The notes beneath the pieces were generated by a model. That model was not told the DNA's origin, searched no databases, and saw nothing but the letters and a program-made list of their open reading frames with translations. Positions 1-8,758 of a stretch of 64,000 nt of DNA are shown one piece after another (position 1 is the stretch's first letter; the number at the start of each line of letters is the position of its first letter). The translations under genes were made by a program, and so were the position numbers. The stretch comes from Candidatus Rokuibacteriota bacterium. GTDB lineage: Bacteria; Methylomirabilota; Methylomirabilia; Rokubacteriales; DASRDR01. The DNA lies in the NCBI GenBank assembly GCA_044867785.1, contig JBIOVM010000098.1:1004-65003 (forward strand), read 5' to 3'.

Positions 1-1545
1 CTCTTCCTCGGCCTGGCCGGCGTGATCGCCGGCTTCGTCCTCCGGATGTACCGGCCGTCGTGGACGAAGGTGTGGCCGGCCCTCCTGATCGTGGGCGGCC
101 TCGTGCTGCTCCTCGGGCTCTACGCGCTCTTCGCGGCCAACGTGCGGCGGGCGCTGGCGGGACGCGCAACCCGGTACGGGCTCAACGCGGCGGTGCTGGT
201 CGTTCTCATCCTGGGCGTCATCGCGCTGGTGGAGGCGGTGTCCTACCGGCACAGCCACCGCTGGGACCTGACCGAGAACAAGCGCTGGAGCCTGTCGCCC
301 CAGACGATCAAGGTCGTCGGCGAGCTGCCGGTGGCGGTCAAGGCCGTGGCCTTCTACCGGCCGGACCAGCCGGGCAAGCGGACGGCCGAGGACCTCCTCA
401 AGCAGTACGCGGGCCGGTCGGATGGAAAGTTCACCTGGGAAGTCATCGACGCGGACCGGAACCCGCTGGCGGCGCGCCAGTACAACGTCGAGAGCTACGG
501 CACGGTCATCCTGGAGACGACCCTGAAGGATGGCCAGAAGAAGCAGGAGAAGCTCACCGAGCTGGAGGAGGAGAAGCTCACCAACGCGCTCATCCGGGTG
601 ACGCGCCCCGGCAAGCGCACGGTCTACTTCCTCAAGGGGCACGGCGAGAAGGATCCGAGCTCGAGCGACCGGACCGGCTACAACCAGATGAAGTCGGCCA
701 TCGAGACGCTCAACTACGACGTCAAGGACCTGCTCCTCGCCCGCGAGACCAAGATCCCCGACGACGCGGCCATCGTCGTCGTGGCCGGCCCCCAGCGGGA
801 CCTCCTGCCGAACGAGCTCGACGCCCTCACGGGATACGTCGGCCGCGCGGGCAAGGTGCTCTTCCTGGTCGACCCGTTCCAGAACGCCGGCCTGGGGCCC
901 CTCCTGGACCGGTGGGGCCTGGTCCTGGGCAATGACGTGATCATCGACATCAACCCCCAGGGGCGACTGGCCGGCGCCGGGCCGGAGGTCCCCGTCGTCG
1001 GGGACTACCTCGCCCATCCCATCACCCGCGACTTCCGGTTCGCGACGTTCTTTCCGGTCGCGCGCTCGGTGTCCCCCAAGGACAAGGGGCCCGAGGGCGT
1101 GCAGGCACAGGGGCTCGCCCGGACCTCCGGCGAGAGCTGGGCGGAGACCAACCAGGACCAGATCCGGACGGGCCAGGTCAAGCCGGACCCGGGCGAGGCG
1201 CGCGGGCCGCTCACGATCGCCGCGGTCTCGACCGTCGACGCCAAGGACGTGCCGGCCGAGCGGAAGGACGCGAAGGCGCGGATCGTCCTGATCGGCGACT
1301 CCGACTTCGCGTCGAACGGCTTCGTGAACCTCTCGGGCAACCGCGACTTCTTCCTGAACACGCTCTCGTGGCTCGCCGAGGAGGAGAATCTGATCGCGGT
1401 GCGCCCGAAGGAAGCGTCGCGCCCGGCGCCCGTGTTCCTCACCGCCGCCCAGGGACAGGTCCTGTTCCTGGTGCCCGTGGTGGTCATCCCGCTGGCGGTG
1501 ATCGTGGCCGGCGGGGTGGCGGTCGCCCGCCGCCGCGGGCGGTAG
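1..1545 (+). CDS. GldG-like ABC-transporter auxiliary component (ABC_transp_aux domain), 5' partial. The frame is open to the window edge; the first in-window start is GTG at 22.
   Basis: N-terminal hydrophobic helices, a large hydrophilic middle and a C-terminal TM anchor (VLFLVPVVVIPLAVIVAGGVAVARRRGR). This architecture and its position directly upstream of a DUF4340 gene are typical of GldG/DUF4340 pairs. No stop codon lies upstream in frame. Confidence 0.55.
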   Translation, partial: LFLGLAGVIAGFVLRMYRPSWTKVWPALLIVGGLVLLLGLYALFAANVRRALAGRATRYGLNAAVLVVLILGVIALVEAVSYRHSHRWDLTENKRWSLSPQTIKVVGELPVAVKAVAFYRPDQPGKRTAEDLLKQYAGRSDGKFTWEVIDADRNPLAARQYNVESYGTVILETTLKDGQKKQEKLTELEEEKLTNALIRVTRPGKRTVYFLKGHGEKDPSSSDRTGYNQMKSAIETLNYDVKDLLLARETKIPDDAAIVVVAGPQRDLLPNELDALTGYVGRAGKVLFLVDPFQNAGLGPLLDRWGLVLGNDVIIDINPQGRLAGAGPEVPVVGDYLAHPITRDFRFATFFPVARSVSPKDKGPEGVQAQGLARTSGESWAETNQDQIRTGQVKPDPGEARGPLTIAAVSTVDAKDVPAERKDAKARIVLIGDSDFASNGFVNLSGNRDFFLNTLSWLAEEENLIAVRPKEASRPAPVFLTAAQGQVLFLVPVVVIPLAVIVAGGVAVARRRGR

Positions 1546-1561
1546 CGCGAGGCCGCTGGCG

Positions 1562-3337
1562 ATGCGCTGGACGACGACGGTGGTCCTGGCCGTCCTCCTG
1601 GCGGGGCTCGCGACCTTCTACTACGTCTACGAGATCCGCCAGGCGCCCGATCGGGAGAAGGCGGCCGCGGTCAAGGATCACCTCTGGAAGGGCGTCGAGG
1701 CCAAGGACGTCGAGGAGATCGTCGTCCGCAAGGGCGGCGAGACGCTCCAGCTGAAGAAGACCGGAGAGACGTGGAGCCTGACGGCCCCGGTCGCCGCCCC
1801 GGCCGACCGGCAGGCGGCCGACGCCCTGGCCTCGTCCCTGGCGACGCTCCGGGTGGAGCGGGAGATCGAGGCCAATCCGCAGCAGCCCGCGGACTTCGGT
1901 CTGGCGCCGCCCGCCGCGGAGATCACCTTCAAGGCCAAGGGCCAGGAGCGGAGCGTCAAGCTGGGGTCGAAGAATCCGACCGGGATCTGGGTCTACGCTC
2001 AGGAGGGCGGCAAGCCGGCGGTGCTGCTGGTGCCGGAGGGCCTCCTGCGGGACGCGCAGAAGCCGACCGGCGACTTTCGGGACCGCACGCTCCTCGCCTT
2101 CGACCGGAAGGACGTCAAGGGCGTCGAGGTCCGCGGCCCCGGAGGGCAGGTCCTCGCCGCCGTCGCGGCCAAGGGCGCGGACGAGTGGGCGCTCACGGCG
2201 CCCCTCGCGGCGCCCGCGGACCGCGAGGCGATCACCGCGCTGCTCGAGAAGCTGCGGGCGGCCCGGATCAAGGAATTCGTGGCCGATGGGAAGGCGCCCG
2301 CCGAGTACGGTCTCGATCGCCCCACGCGTCTCACGCTCGAGATGGGCGAGGCGGCGACCCGGACGACGCGCTCCTTGCGCTTCGGCAAGGCGCTCCCGGA
2401 CAAGAAGGGCGTCTACGCCCAACGGGAAGGCGAGCCCGGCGTCCTCGTGGTCGAGGAGGAGCTCTGGACGGCGGTGCCCACGTCCGCGACGGCGCTTCGG
2501 GACAAGTCCGTCTTCGCCTACGACCGCGGGAAGCTCGAGCGGGTCGAGATCGAGAGCCCCAAGGGGAAGGTCACGCTCGCGCTCCAGGACGGCAAGTGGC
2601 GCATCACCGCGCCCAGCGCCCTCCGGGGCGACGACGGCGCGGTGAGCGAGTGGCTCTTCAAGGCGCGGGACCTGCGGGCGCGGGAGTTCGTGGCGGAGGA
2701 CGGCAAGCGTCTCGCCCCCTACGGGCTCGACCGGCCGCAGATCCGCCTTGCGATCTGGGAGAAGGACGCCAAGGAGCCGAAGGTCCTGCTCCTCGCTCCG
2801 GCGAAGGAGAAGGAGCGGGCGTACGCGACGACCCTCGGCCTCGGCGCCACGCGGGTCGTGACCGTCGACGCGAAGGCGCTCGACGAGCTGGCCCGCGGCG
2901 TCGCGGAGCTCCGCGACCGGTCGCTCGCCGAGACCTTCGACACGAAGGACGTCACGCGGATCACGATCCAGCGCCCGAGCGTCACCTTGACCCTCGAGCG
3001 AACAGGGACGGGCGAGGAGGACTGGCAGCTGGCCGCGCCGAAGCGGGGCAAGGCCCGCGGCGGGCGGGTGAGCGAGCTCCTCTGGACGCTCCGCAATCTC
3101 AAGTGGAAGACCCTCGTCGCCGAGCAGGGCTGGGAGCCGGGGCGCTACGGCCTCGACGCGGGCGCCACGACGATCACGCTCTCCGGCAAGGATGGCCAGG
3201 CGATCGCCGCGCTCGTGGTCGGCAAGCACGAGGGCGGCCTGACGTACGTCCGGATTCCCGGGCAGCCGGCGCTCTACGCGATCGAGTCGACGACCCTGGG
3301 GGATCTGCCGACGGCGCCCGAGGAGCTGCTCGCCTAG
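1562..3337 (+). CDS. DUF4340 domain protein (companion of GldG-like proteins)
   Basis: N-terminal TM anchor (VVLAVLLAGLATFYYVY) followed by repeated beta-rich modules of about 120 aa (APxAADR repeats). It starts 16 nt after the GldG-like gene on the same strand. Confidence 0.55.
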   Translation: MRWTTTVVLAVLLAGLATFYYVYEIRQAPDREKAAAVKDHLWKGVEAKDVEEIVVRKGGETLQLKKTGETWSLTAPVAAPADRQAADALASSLATLRVEREIEANPQQPADFGLAPPAAEITFKAKGQERSVKLGSKNPTGIWVYAQEGGKPAVLLVPEGLLRDAQKPTGDFRDRTLLAFDRKDVKGVEVRGPGGQVLAAVAAKGADEWALTAPLAAPADREAITALLEKLRAARIKEFVADGKAPAEYGLDRPTRLTLEMGEAATRTTRSLRFGKALPDKKGVYAQREGEPGVLVVEEELWTAVPTSATALRDKSVFAYDRGKLERVEIESPKGKVTLALQDGKWRITAPSALRGDDGAVSEWLFKARDLRAREFVAEDGKRLAPYGLDRPQIRLAIWEKDAKEPKVLLLAPAKEKERAYATTLGLGATRVVTVDAKALDELARGVAELRDRSLAETFDTKDVTRITIQRPSVTLTLERTGTGEEDWQLAAPKRGKARGGRVSELLWTLRNLKWKTLVAEQGWEPGRYGLDAGATTITLSGKDGQAIAALVVGKHEGGLTYVRIPGQPALYAIESTTLGDLPTAPEELLA

Positions 3338-3355
3338 GTCCGCCCGGCCGAGGAC

Positions 3356-4144
3356 GTGATGCCAGAGACGATCCTCCTGGACGTGACGGACGGTGTCGCG
3401 CTGCTCACGCTGAACCAGCCCGCCCGGCGCAATCCCATGAGCGAGCGCATGGGGGAGGAGCTGGCCGACGCGCTCCGCGACCTCGCCGCCCGCGAGGACG
3501 TCCGCGTCCTGGTCCTGGCGGGGGCGGGGGAGTCCTTCTGCGCCGGGGGCGACATGGCTCTCATCGAGGCGAACACCGAGCGGAGCGTCGAGACGCGCCG
3601 GCAGGTGATGCGGGCGTACTACGACCGCTATCTCTCGCTCCTGCGTCTCGAGATCCCCACGATCGCCGCCCTCCACGGCCACGCCGTCGGCGGCGGGCTG
3701 GCGCTGGCGCTGGCCTGCGACCTTCGGTACGCAGCGGAGGACGCGCGGCTCAGCGTGAATTTCGCCCGCCTGGGCCTCCATCCGGGCATGGCGTCCACCC
3801 TCACGCTGCCGCGCGCGATCGGAGCGGCGCGCGCGCTCGAGCTCTTCTACACGGGGCGCGTGGTGTCCGGACGCGAGGCGGAGGCGCTCGGTCTGGTGAA
3901 CCGCGCCGTGCCGCGCGCGGAGCTGATGGCGGCCGCGCTCGAGACGGCGCGGGCGATCGCCGCCGGCGCGCCCCTCGTCGTGCGGATGCTCAAGCGCGCC
4001 GTCTACCAGGGCCTGGAAGGCGCCGTCACGGCCGCCGTCGAGTACGAGGCCTTCTGCCAGGCCATCACGTTCGGGAGCGAGGACCTCCGGGAGGGCCTCG
4101 CCGCCGCCCGGGAGCGTCGCGCCCCGCGGTTCCTCGGCCGGTGA
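3356..4144 (+). CDS. enoyl-CoA hydratase/isomerase (crotonase) family protein
   Basis: Crotonase oxyanion-hole motif GAGESFCAGGDM and AALHGHAVGGGLALALACDLR; length 262 aa. Confidence 0.8.
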   Translation: MMPETILLDVTDGVALLTLNQPARRNPMSERMGEELADALRDLAAREDVRVLVLAGAGESFCAGGDMALIEANTERSVETRRQVMRAYYDRYLSLLRLEIPTIAALHGHAVGGGLALALACDLRYAAEDARLSVNFARLGLHPGMASTLTLPRAIGAARALELFYTGRVVSGREAEALGLVNRAVPRAELMAAALETARAIAAGAPLVVRMLKRAVYQGLEGAVTAAVEYEAFCQAITFGSEDLREGLAAARERRAPRFLGR

Positions 4145-4854
4145 CGGACACCGTGGCCGGCGAGGCGAGCGCGCTCTACCTCCGGCAGATGGAGCTCGGG
4201 CCGATGCAGAACTTCGTCTACCTCGTGGGAGACCGCGAGGCGGGCGAGTGCGTCGTCGTCGATCCGGCCTGGGAGATCGACACCATCGTGCGGACGGCCG
4301 AGGCCGACGGGCTCCGCATCACGGGCGCCCTCGTGACGCATACGCACCAGGACCACGTGGGCGGGAGCCTGGCGGACTGGGGCATGCCGGGGCGGATCCC
4401 CGGGGTCGAGGAGCTGCTCGGCCGGGTGCGGGCCAAGGTCTACGTCCATCGGGCCGAGCGCGAGTTCCTACGCGGCTTCGGCTCCGATCTGGTGCAGGTG
4501 GAGAGCGCGACCGAGCTCCCCGTGGGGCGCTTCCCGATCGTGTTCATCCACACGCCCGGTCACACGCCGGGCTCCCAGTGCTTCCTCGTCGACGGGCGGC
4601 TCGTGTCGGGCGACACGCTGTTCATCCAGGCGTGCGGCCGCACGGACCTGCCGGGCGGGGACCCGAGCGAGATGCACCGGAGCCTCACCGAGCGGCTCGG
4701 CCGGCTTCCCGACGACACCGTCCTGCTGCCGGGCCACAACTACGGCGGGCGCCAGTCCACGCTGGGCGTCGAGAAGCGCGAGAACCCGTTCCTTCAGATG
4801 GGCCTCGGCGAGTTCCTCCGCGCGATGGGGGGCGGCCGGATCACGCTGCCATAA
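4141..4854 (+). CDS. MBL-fold metallo-hydrolase (glyoxalase II-like). Alternative start is ATG at 4189.
   Basis: THTHQDHVGG (HxHxDH) metal-binding motif, HTPGHTPGS and LLPGHNY. A GTGA overlap with the upstream stop suggests coupling. Confidence 0.7.
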   Translation: MTDTVAGEASALYLRQMELGPMQNFVYLVGDREAGECVVVDPAWEIDTIVRTAEADGLRITGALVTHTHQDHVGGSLADWGMPGRIPGVEELLGRVRAKVYVHRAEREFLRGFGSDLVQVESATELPVGRFPIVFIHTPGHTPGSQCFLVDGRLVSGDTLFIQACGRTDLPGGDPSEMHRSLTERLGRLPDDTVLLPGHNYGGRQSTLGVEKRENPFLQMGLGEFLRAMGGGRITLP

Positions 4855-4884
4855 CCCTCGCCGGGCCGGCCCGCCGGCCTTCCG

Positions 4885-5727
4885 TCAGAGCCGGTAGCAC
4901 GCGACCGCGTTCAGGCCGAGGACGCGGTCGCGCGCCGCCCGTTCCAGCCCGCCCAGCAAGGCCTCGGCGGCGGCCAGCCACTCCGCATAGCCCGCGCGCA
5001 GGGTCACCACGGGCCAATCGCTCCCGAAGATCATGCGGTCCGGTCCGAAGTGGTGGAGCAGGTGGTCCACGTACGGCCGCAGGCGCTCGACGGACCAGGC
5101 CGGCCCGTCCTCGGTGACCAGGCCCGACAGCTTGACCCAGGCGCGCGTGTCGCGCGCGAGATGCGCCATGTCCTCCGCCCACGCGCCGGAGCGTCCGCCG
5201 GCGATGTCGGGCTTGGCGCCGTGGTCGATCACCACGCGCAGGTCCGGATGGGAGGCGAGGAGGCGCCGTAGATTCGGGAGATGGGCCGGCCGGACCAGCG
5301 CGTCGAAGACCAGATCGTGCGACGCGATCGCCCGAAGCCCCGCGGCGAGCGCGGGCCGGAGCATCCAGTCCAAGTCGGGCACGTCGTGGAGCATGGGCCG
5401 GAGGCCCCGCAGGCGAGGATCGGCGGCGAGCTCGGCCACGACCTCGGCCGCGTCCGGCGCGTCGAGGGGTGCCCAGCCGACGACCCCCGCGACGAACGGG
5501 GCGACGGCCGCCAGCTGGAGCAGGAAGCGCGTCTCCGCCACCGTCGGAGCGGCCTGGACGAGCACGGTCCCGTCGATGCCGGCCCGTGCGAGCAGCGGCG
5601 CGAGATCGGTCGGCTCGAAGTCGCGGTAGATGGGCGCCAGGCCGGGGGTCAGCCAGCCGTAGTCGCCGCGGGCCAGACGCCAGAAGTGCTGGTGCGCGTC
5701 GATACGGCGGGGCCGGTCGGCGGTCAT
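4885..5727 (-). CDS. amidohydrolase-2 family TIM-barrel hydrolase (L-fucono-1,5-lactonase-like)
   Basis: N-terminal IDAHQHFW (HxH metal site) and C-terminal FGSDWP motif typical of the amidohydrolase_2 lactonase/decarboxylase family. Its ATG overlaps the upstream AKR stop (ATGA). Confidence 0.7.
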   Translation of the reverse strand: MTADRPRRIDAHQHFWRLARGDYGWLTPGLAPIYRDFEPTDLAPLLARAGIDGTVLVQAAPTVAETRFLLQLAAVAPFVAGVVGWAPLDAPDAAEVVAELAADPRLRGLRPMLHDVPDLDWMLRPALAAGLRAIASHDLVFDALVRPAHLPNLRRLLASHPDLRVVIDHGAKPDIAGGRSGAWAEDMAHLARDTRAWVKLSGLVTEDGPAWSVERLRPYVDHLLHHFGPDRMIFGSDWPVVTLRAGYAEWLAAAEALLGGLERAARDRVLGLNAVACYRL

Positions 5728-6758
5728 CCGGGCGTGGGCGCGTCGGCGCGAAGGAGCCCTTCGGTCTTCAGATCGCCCCAGAGGGTCGGCGGGATCGGGT
5801 GGCGCAGCAGCCGCAGGTTCGCCTCCACCTCGTCGGGCGATCGCGTCCCGGGGATGACCGCCGCCACGGCCGGATGGTGGAACGGAAACTGCAGCGCCGC
5901 GGCGGCGAGCGGGACGCCGTGGGCGGCGACCACCCGCTCGAGGGTCCCGACCCGGTCGAGCACGGCGGGCGGCGCCGGCTCGTAGTTGTACGTCGTGCCG
6001 GGCCGGGCGCCCGTCGCGAGAATGCCGGAGTTGTACGGTCCGCCCACGATCACGCCGATCCGGCGGCGCTCGCACATCGGCAGGAAGCTGTCGAGCGCGG
6101 TCTGCTCGAGGAGCGAGTACCGTCCGGCCAGGAGGAAGCAGTCGAAATCGCCGTCTCGCGCGCAGCGCTCCAGGATCTGCCACTCGTTGGCGCCCACGCC
6201 GATGGCCCGGATCGTGCCCGCGGCGCGCAGGTCGTGCAGGATCCGGTAGGCGCCCTCCATGGCCTGGGCGTATCGCAGGTCGTCCTCGGCGCCGTGGGTC
6301 ACGGCGCCGAGATCGTGGATCAGGACGACGTCCACGCGGTCGAGCCTGAGCCGCTCGAGGCTGCCGTCGAGCGAGGCCCGCGTGGCCTCGGCCGTGTAGT
6401 CGAACACCGGGGTGAGTGGCGGGATGTCCACGTACGGGCTCCCGCCCCGGGGCGCCTCGGCGGATCGCGGCACGAGACGCCGACCCACCTTCGTCGACAG
6501 AGCGAACGCGTCGCGGGGCTCGCCGTGGAGCGCGGCCCCAATCCGCCGCTCGCTCAAGCCGGACCCGTAGAGCGGCGCGGTGTCGAAGTAGCGGAGCCCC
6601 GCGGTCCACGCGCGGCGCACGGTGGCGGCGGCCTGCGGCTCGTCGAGCGGTCGGAAGAGATTGCCGAGAGGCGCGCCGCCGAACCCGAGTCGCGTGACCT
6701 GCACGGCTGTCCGGCCGAGCGGCCGCCGGTCCCCGGGGTCGATCGGGCGCGTGCTCAC
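5724..6758 (-). CDS. aldo/keto reductase (aldose 1-dehydrogenase-like, e.g. L-fucose dehydrogenase type)
   Basis: AKR fold signatures (LGFGGAPLGN, RYFDTAPLYG, VVLIHD) and a 4-nt overlap with both neighbouring genes. Confidence 0.75.
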   Translation of the reverse strand: MSTRPIDPGDRRPLGRTAVQVTRLGFGGAPLGNLFRPLDEPQAAATVRRAWTAGLRYFDTAPLYGSGLSERRIGAALHGEPRDAFALSTKVGRRLVPRSAEAPRGGSPYVDIPPLTPVFDYTAEATRASLDGSLERLRLDRVDVVLIHDLGAVTHGAEDDLRYAQAMEGAYRILHDLRAAGTIRAIGVGANEWQILERCARDGDFDCFLLAGRYSLLEQTALDSFLPMCERRRIGVIVGGPYNSGILATGARPGTTYNYEPAPPAVLDRVGTLERVVAAHGVPLAAAALQFPFHHPAVAAVIPGTRSPDEVEANLRLLRHPIPPTLWGDLKTEGLLRADAPTPG

Positions 6759-7198
6759 GCGGCGGAGACGACGCCCTTCACCAGGAGAATGTTCCCGTAC
6801 GGTCGACGTTCGCCGGTGGCGACCACCGCGAAGGCGGCCCTCGCGCGCTCGTAGAACGCGAAGCGCTCCAGCGCCTCGAGCGCCACCGAACGCCCGGCGG
6901 CGGCGTCGACGAGCGCTTGGAACTCCCGGACGGGCTCGGGCACCGCCGCCGGGTCTCCCACGACGGCCATGACCGCGGCCGGCCGTGGCGTGAAGGTGTC
7001 GAGCGGCAGCACCGAGAGGATCGCGCGCAAGGCCCGTGGCGCGTCGACCCCGTCCAGGCGGACGAGCCGGCGCGCGACGCTAGCGGCCGGGAAGTTCCCG
7101 TCTGCGACCACGAGCTCGTCCCCGTGGCCCATCGCCGCGAGGACGTGGAGGAGATCCGGGCCCAGCACGGGGTCGAGACCCTTCAGCATCGGCATCAC
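6755..7198 (-). CDS. RbsD/FucU family sugar mutarotase
   Basis: MLKGLDPVLGPDLLHVLAAMGHGDELVVADGNFP is the hallmark N-terminus of FucU/RbsD pyranases/mutarotases; 147 aa. Confidence 0.7.
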   Translation of the reverse strand: MMPMLKGLDPVLGPDLLHVLAAMGHGDELVVADGNFPAASVARRLVRLDGVDAPRALRAILSVLPLDTFTPRPAAVMAVVGDPAAVPEPVREFQALVDAAAGRSVALEALERFAFYERARAAFAVVATGERRPYGNILLVKGVVSAA

Positions 7199-7281
7199 AT
7201 CCTACCGCGAGCCGCGGCCCGGGGTAGACCAGCTGCCCGGCGCGCGTTGATCCCTCCGAGGAACCGGGCTACGCTCGGCGC

Positions 7282-8715
7282 GTGGCCCTCGACCTCGTGA
7301 TTCGCGGCGGGACCGTAATCACCCCCGACGGCGTCGGCTCATGGGATGTCGGCATCCAGGGCGAGCGGATCGCCGTGCTGGCGCTGCCGGGGACGCTGCC
7401 GACGGACGGCGCGAGGGTGCTCGACGCGTCGGGACGGATCGTGGCGCCGGGCGGGGTCGAGCCCCACACGCACCTGGCCCACGCGATCCGGACGCATCCG
7501 GACGAGCCGGGCCTCACCCTCGGACCCGAGGACGACACGCGGGGGATGGCGTGCGGCGGCACGACCACCCACATCGACTTCGCCTTCGTCCGGCCGGGGG
7601 CGGGGATCGCCGAGACCCTGGAGCAGCGCCGGGCCCGCTGGGCCGGGCACTCTCACGTCGACTACAGCTTTCACGTGACCCTCTGCGGCGCGCTCCCGCT
7701 CGGCATCTTCGCCGAGATGCGGGACGCGATCGCGGCGGGCTTCCCCAGCTTCAAGGTGTTCACGACCGACATCCTCCCGCCGCACCCGAAGCGCCCCTCG
7801 TTCCGGCTGGACTTCGGGCGGATCCAGCTCGCCATGGCCGAGGCGGCGCGGCACGGCGGCCTGGTGACGGTTCACGCCGAGGACGACGAGCTCGTGCAGA
7901 CGGCGTACGAGCGCTTCCGGGCCGAAGGCCGGCTGGACGGGGCGAACATGCACCTGGTGCACACGAAGCTGTCCGAGCAGCTCGCCTTCGGCCGTACGAT
8001 CGGGCTGGCCCGCGCGACCGGCGCCGGGATCTACTTCGTCCACACCTCGGCCCGCGAAGGCGTGGAGGCGGTGGAAGCGGCGCGCGCGACCGGCCAGCCC
8101 GTCTACGCGGAGACGCTCCACCAGTACGCGTGCTTCGACGCCGAGCACTACAAGACCCCACGCGGGTTCTGCGCCCACACCTACCCGTCGCTCAAGCTGC
8201 CGGAGGATCGAGAGGCGCTGTGGCGCGGGCTGGTGGATGGCCGCGTCTCGACCTTGGCGACGGACGAGTACCCGACCAGCCTCGCGCAGAAGCTCCGCGG
8301 GCGCACGATCGAGGACGTGACGGGCGGGAACGTCGGTGCCGAGGCGCGTCTCGGCATCGCGTTCACCGAAGGCGTCGTCAAGCGCGGGATGTCGCTCGAG
8401 CGGTTCGCCGCCATCACCGCGACCAACGCGGCGCGGATCTTCGGTCTATTCCCGCGGAAGGGCGCGATCGCGACCGGCAGCGACGCGGACCTCGTCCTCA
8501 TCGATCCGGCGATCCGCAAGACGTTGGCGCGCGACGACTTCCACGTGAGCGACTACAGCCCGTGGGAGGGGTGGGCGGTGTCGGGGTGGCCGGTCACGAC
8601 CCTCCTGCGCGGTCGCGTGATCGCGGATCGCGGCCGCGTGCTCGGCGCGCCAGGCGACGGCCAGCTGGTCGCCCGGCGGATCGACCCCGCCGTCCTCCAC
8701 CGCCCCGTCTGCTGA
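7282..8715 (+). CDS. dihydropyrimidinase/D-hydantoinase-type cyclic amidohydrolase (GTG start)
   Basis: GGVEPHTHL metal-binding HxH, the FKVF region around the carboxylated Lys, and a 477-aa length typical of hydantoinases. Confidence 0.8.
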   Translation: MALDLVIRGGTVITPDGVGSWDVGIQGERIAVLALPGTLPTDGARVLDASGRIVAPGGVEPHTHLAHAIRTHPDEPGLTLGPEDDTRGMACGGTTTHIDFAFVRPGAGIAETLEQRRARWAGHSHVDYSFHVTLCGALPLGIFAEMRDAIAAGFPSFKVFTTDILPPHPKRPSFRLDFGRIQLAMAEAARHGGLVTVHAEDDELVQTAYERFRAEGRLDGANMHLVHTKLSEQLAFGRTIGLARATGAGIYFVHTSAREGVEAVEAARATGQPVYAETLHQYACFDAEHYKTPRGFCAHTYPSLKLPEDREALWRGLVDGRVSTLATDEYPTSLAQKLRGRTIEDVTGGNVGAEARLGIAFTEGVVKRGMSLERFAAITATNAARIFGLFPRKGAIATGSDADLVLIDPAIRKTLARDDFHVSDYSPWEGWAVSGWPVTTLLRGRVIADRGRVLGAPGDGQLVARRIDPAVLHRPVC

Positions 8716-8731
8716 TCGCTCGATCGCCTCC

Positions 8732-8758
8732 CAGCGGCGGCGCGGCCTCACGCCGCTG
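8732..8758. terminator. GC-rich hairpin between convergent genes (candidate bidirectional terminator)
   Basis: Perfect 8-bp inverted repeat CAGCGGCG-(11 nt)-CGCCGCTG located between the hydantoinase stop (8715) and the MFS stop (8748). No U-tract is present, as expected in high-GC genomes. Confidence 0.3.

Noticed and set aside
1484-3781. 765-aa minus-strand ORF
   Set aside because: It is antisense to the GldG-like, DUF4340 and crotonase genes, has a low-complexity Arg/Leu/Gly/Pro translation, and shows no motifs.
1771-4854. 1027-aa plus-strand ORF spanning the DUF4340, enoyl-CoA hydratase and MBL genes
   Set aside because: It lies in an alternate frame of well-supported genes for most of its length. 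Its translation is Arg/Gly/Pro/Ala-dominated (typical off-frame high-GC artefact). Only its last about 237 codons are a real gene, the MBL hydrolase.
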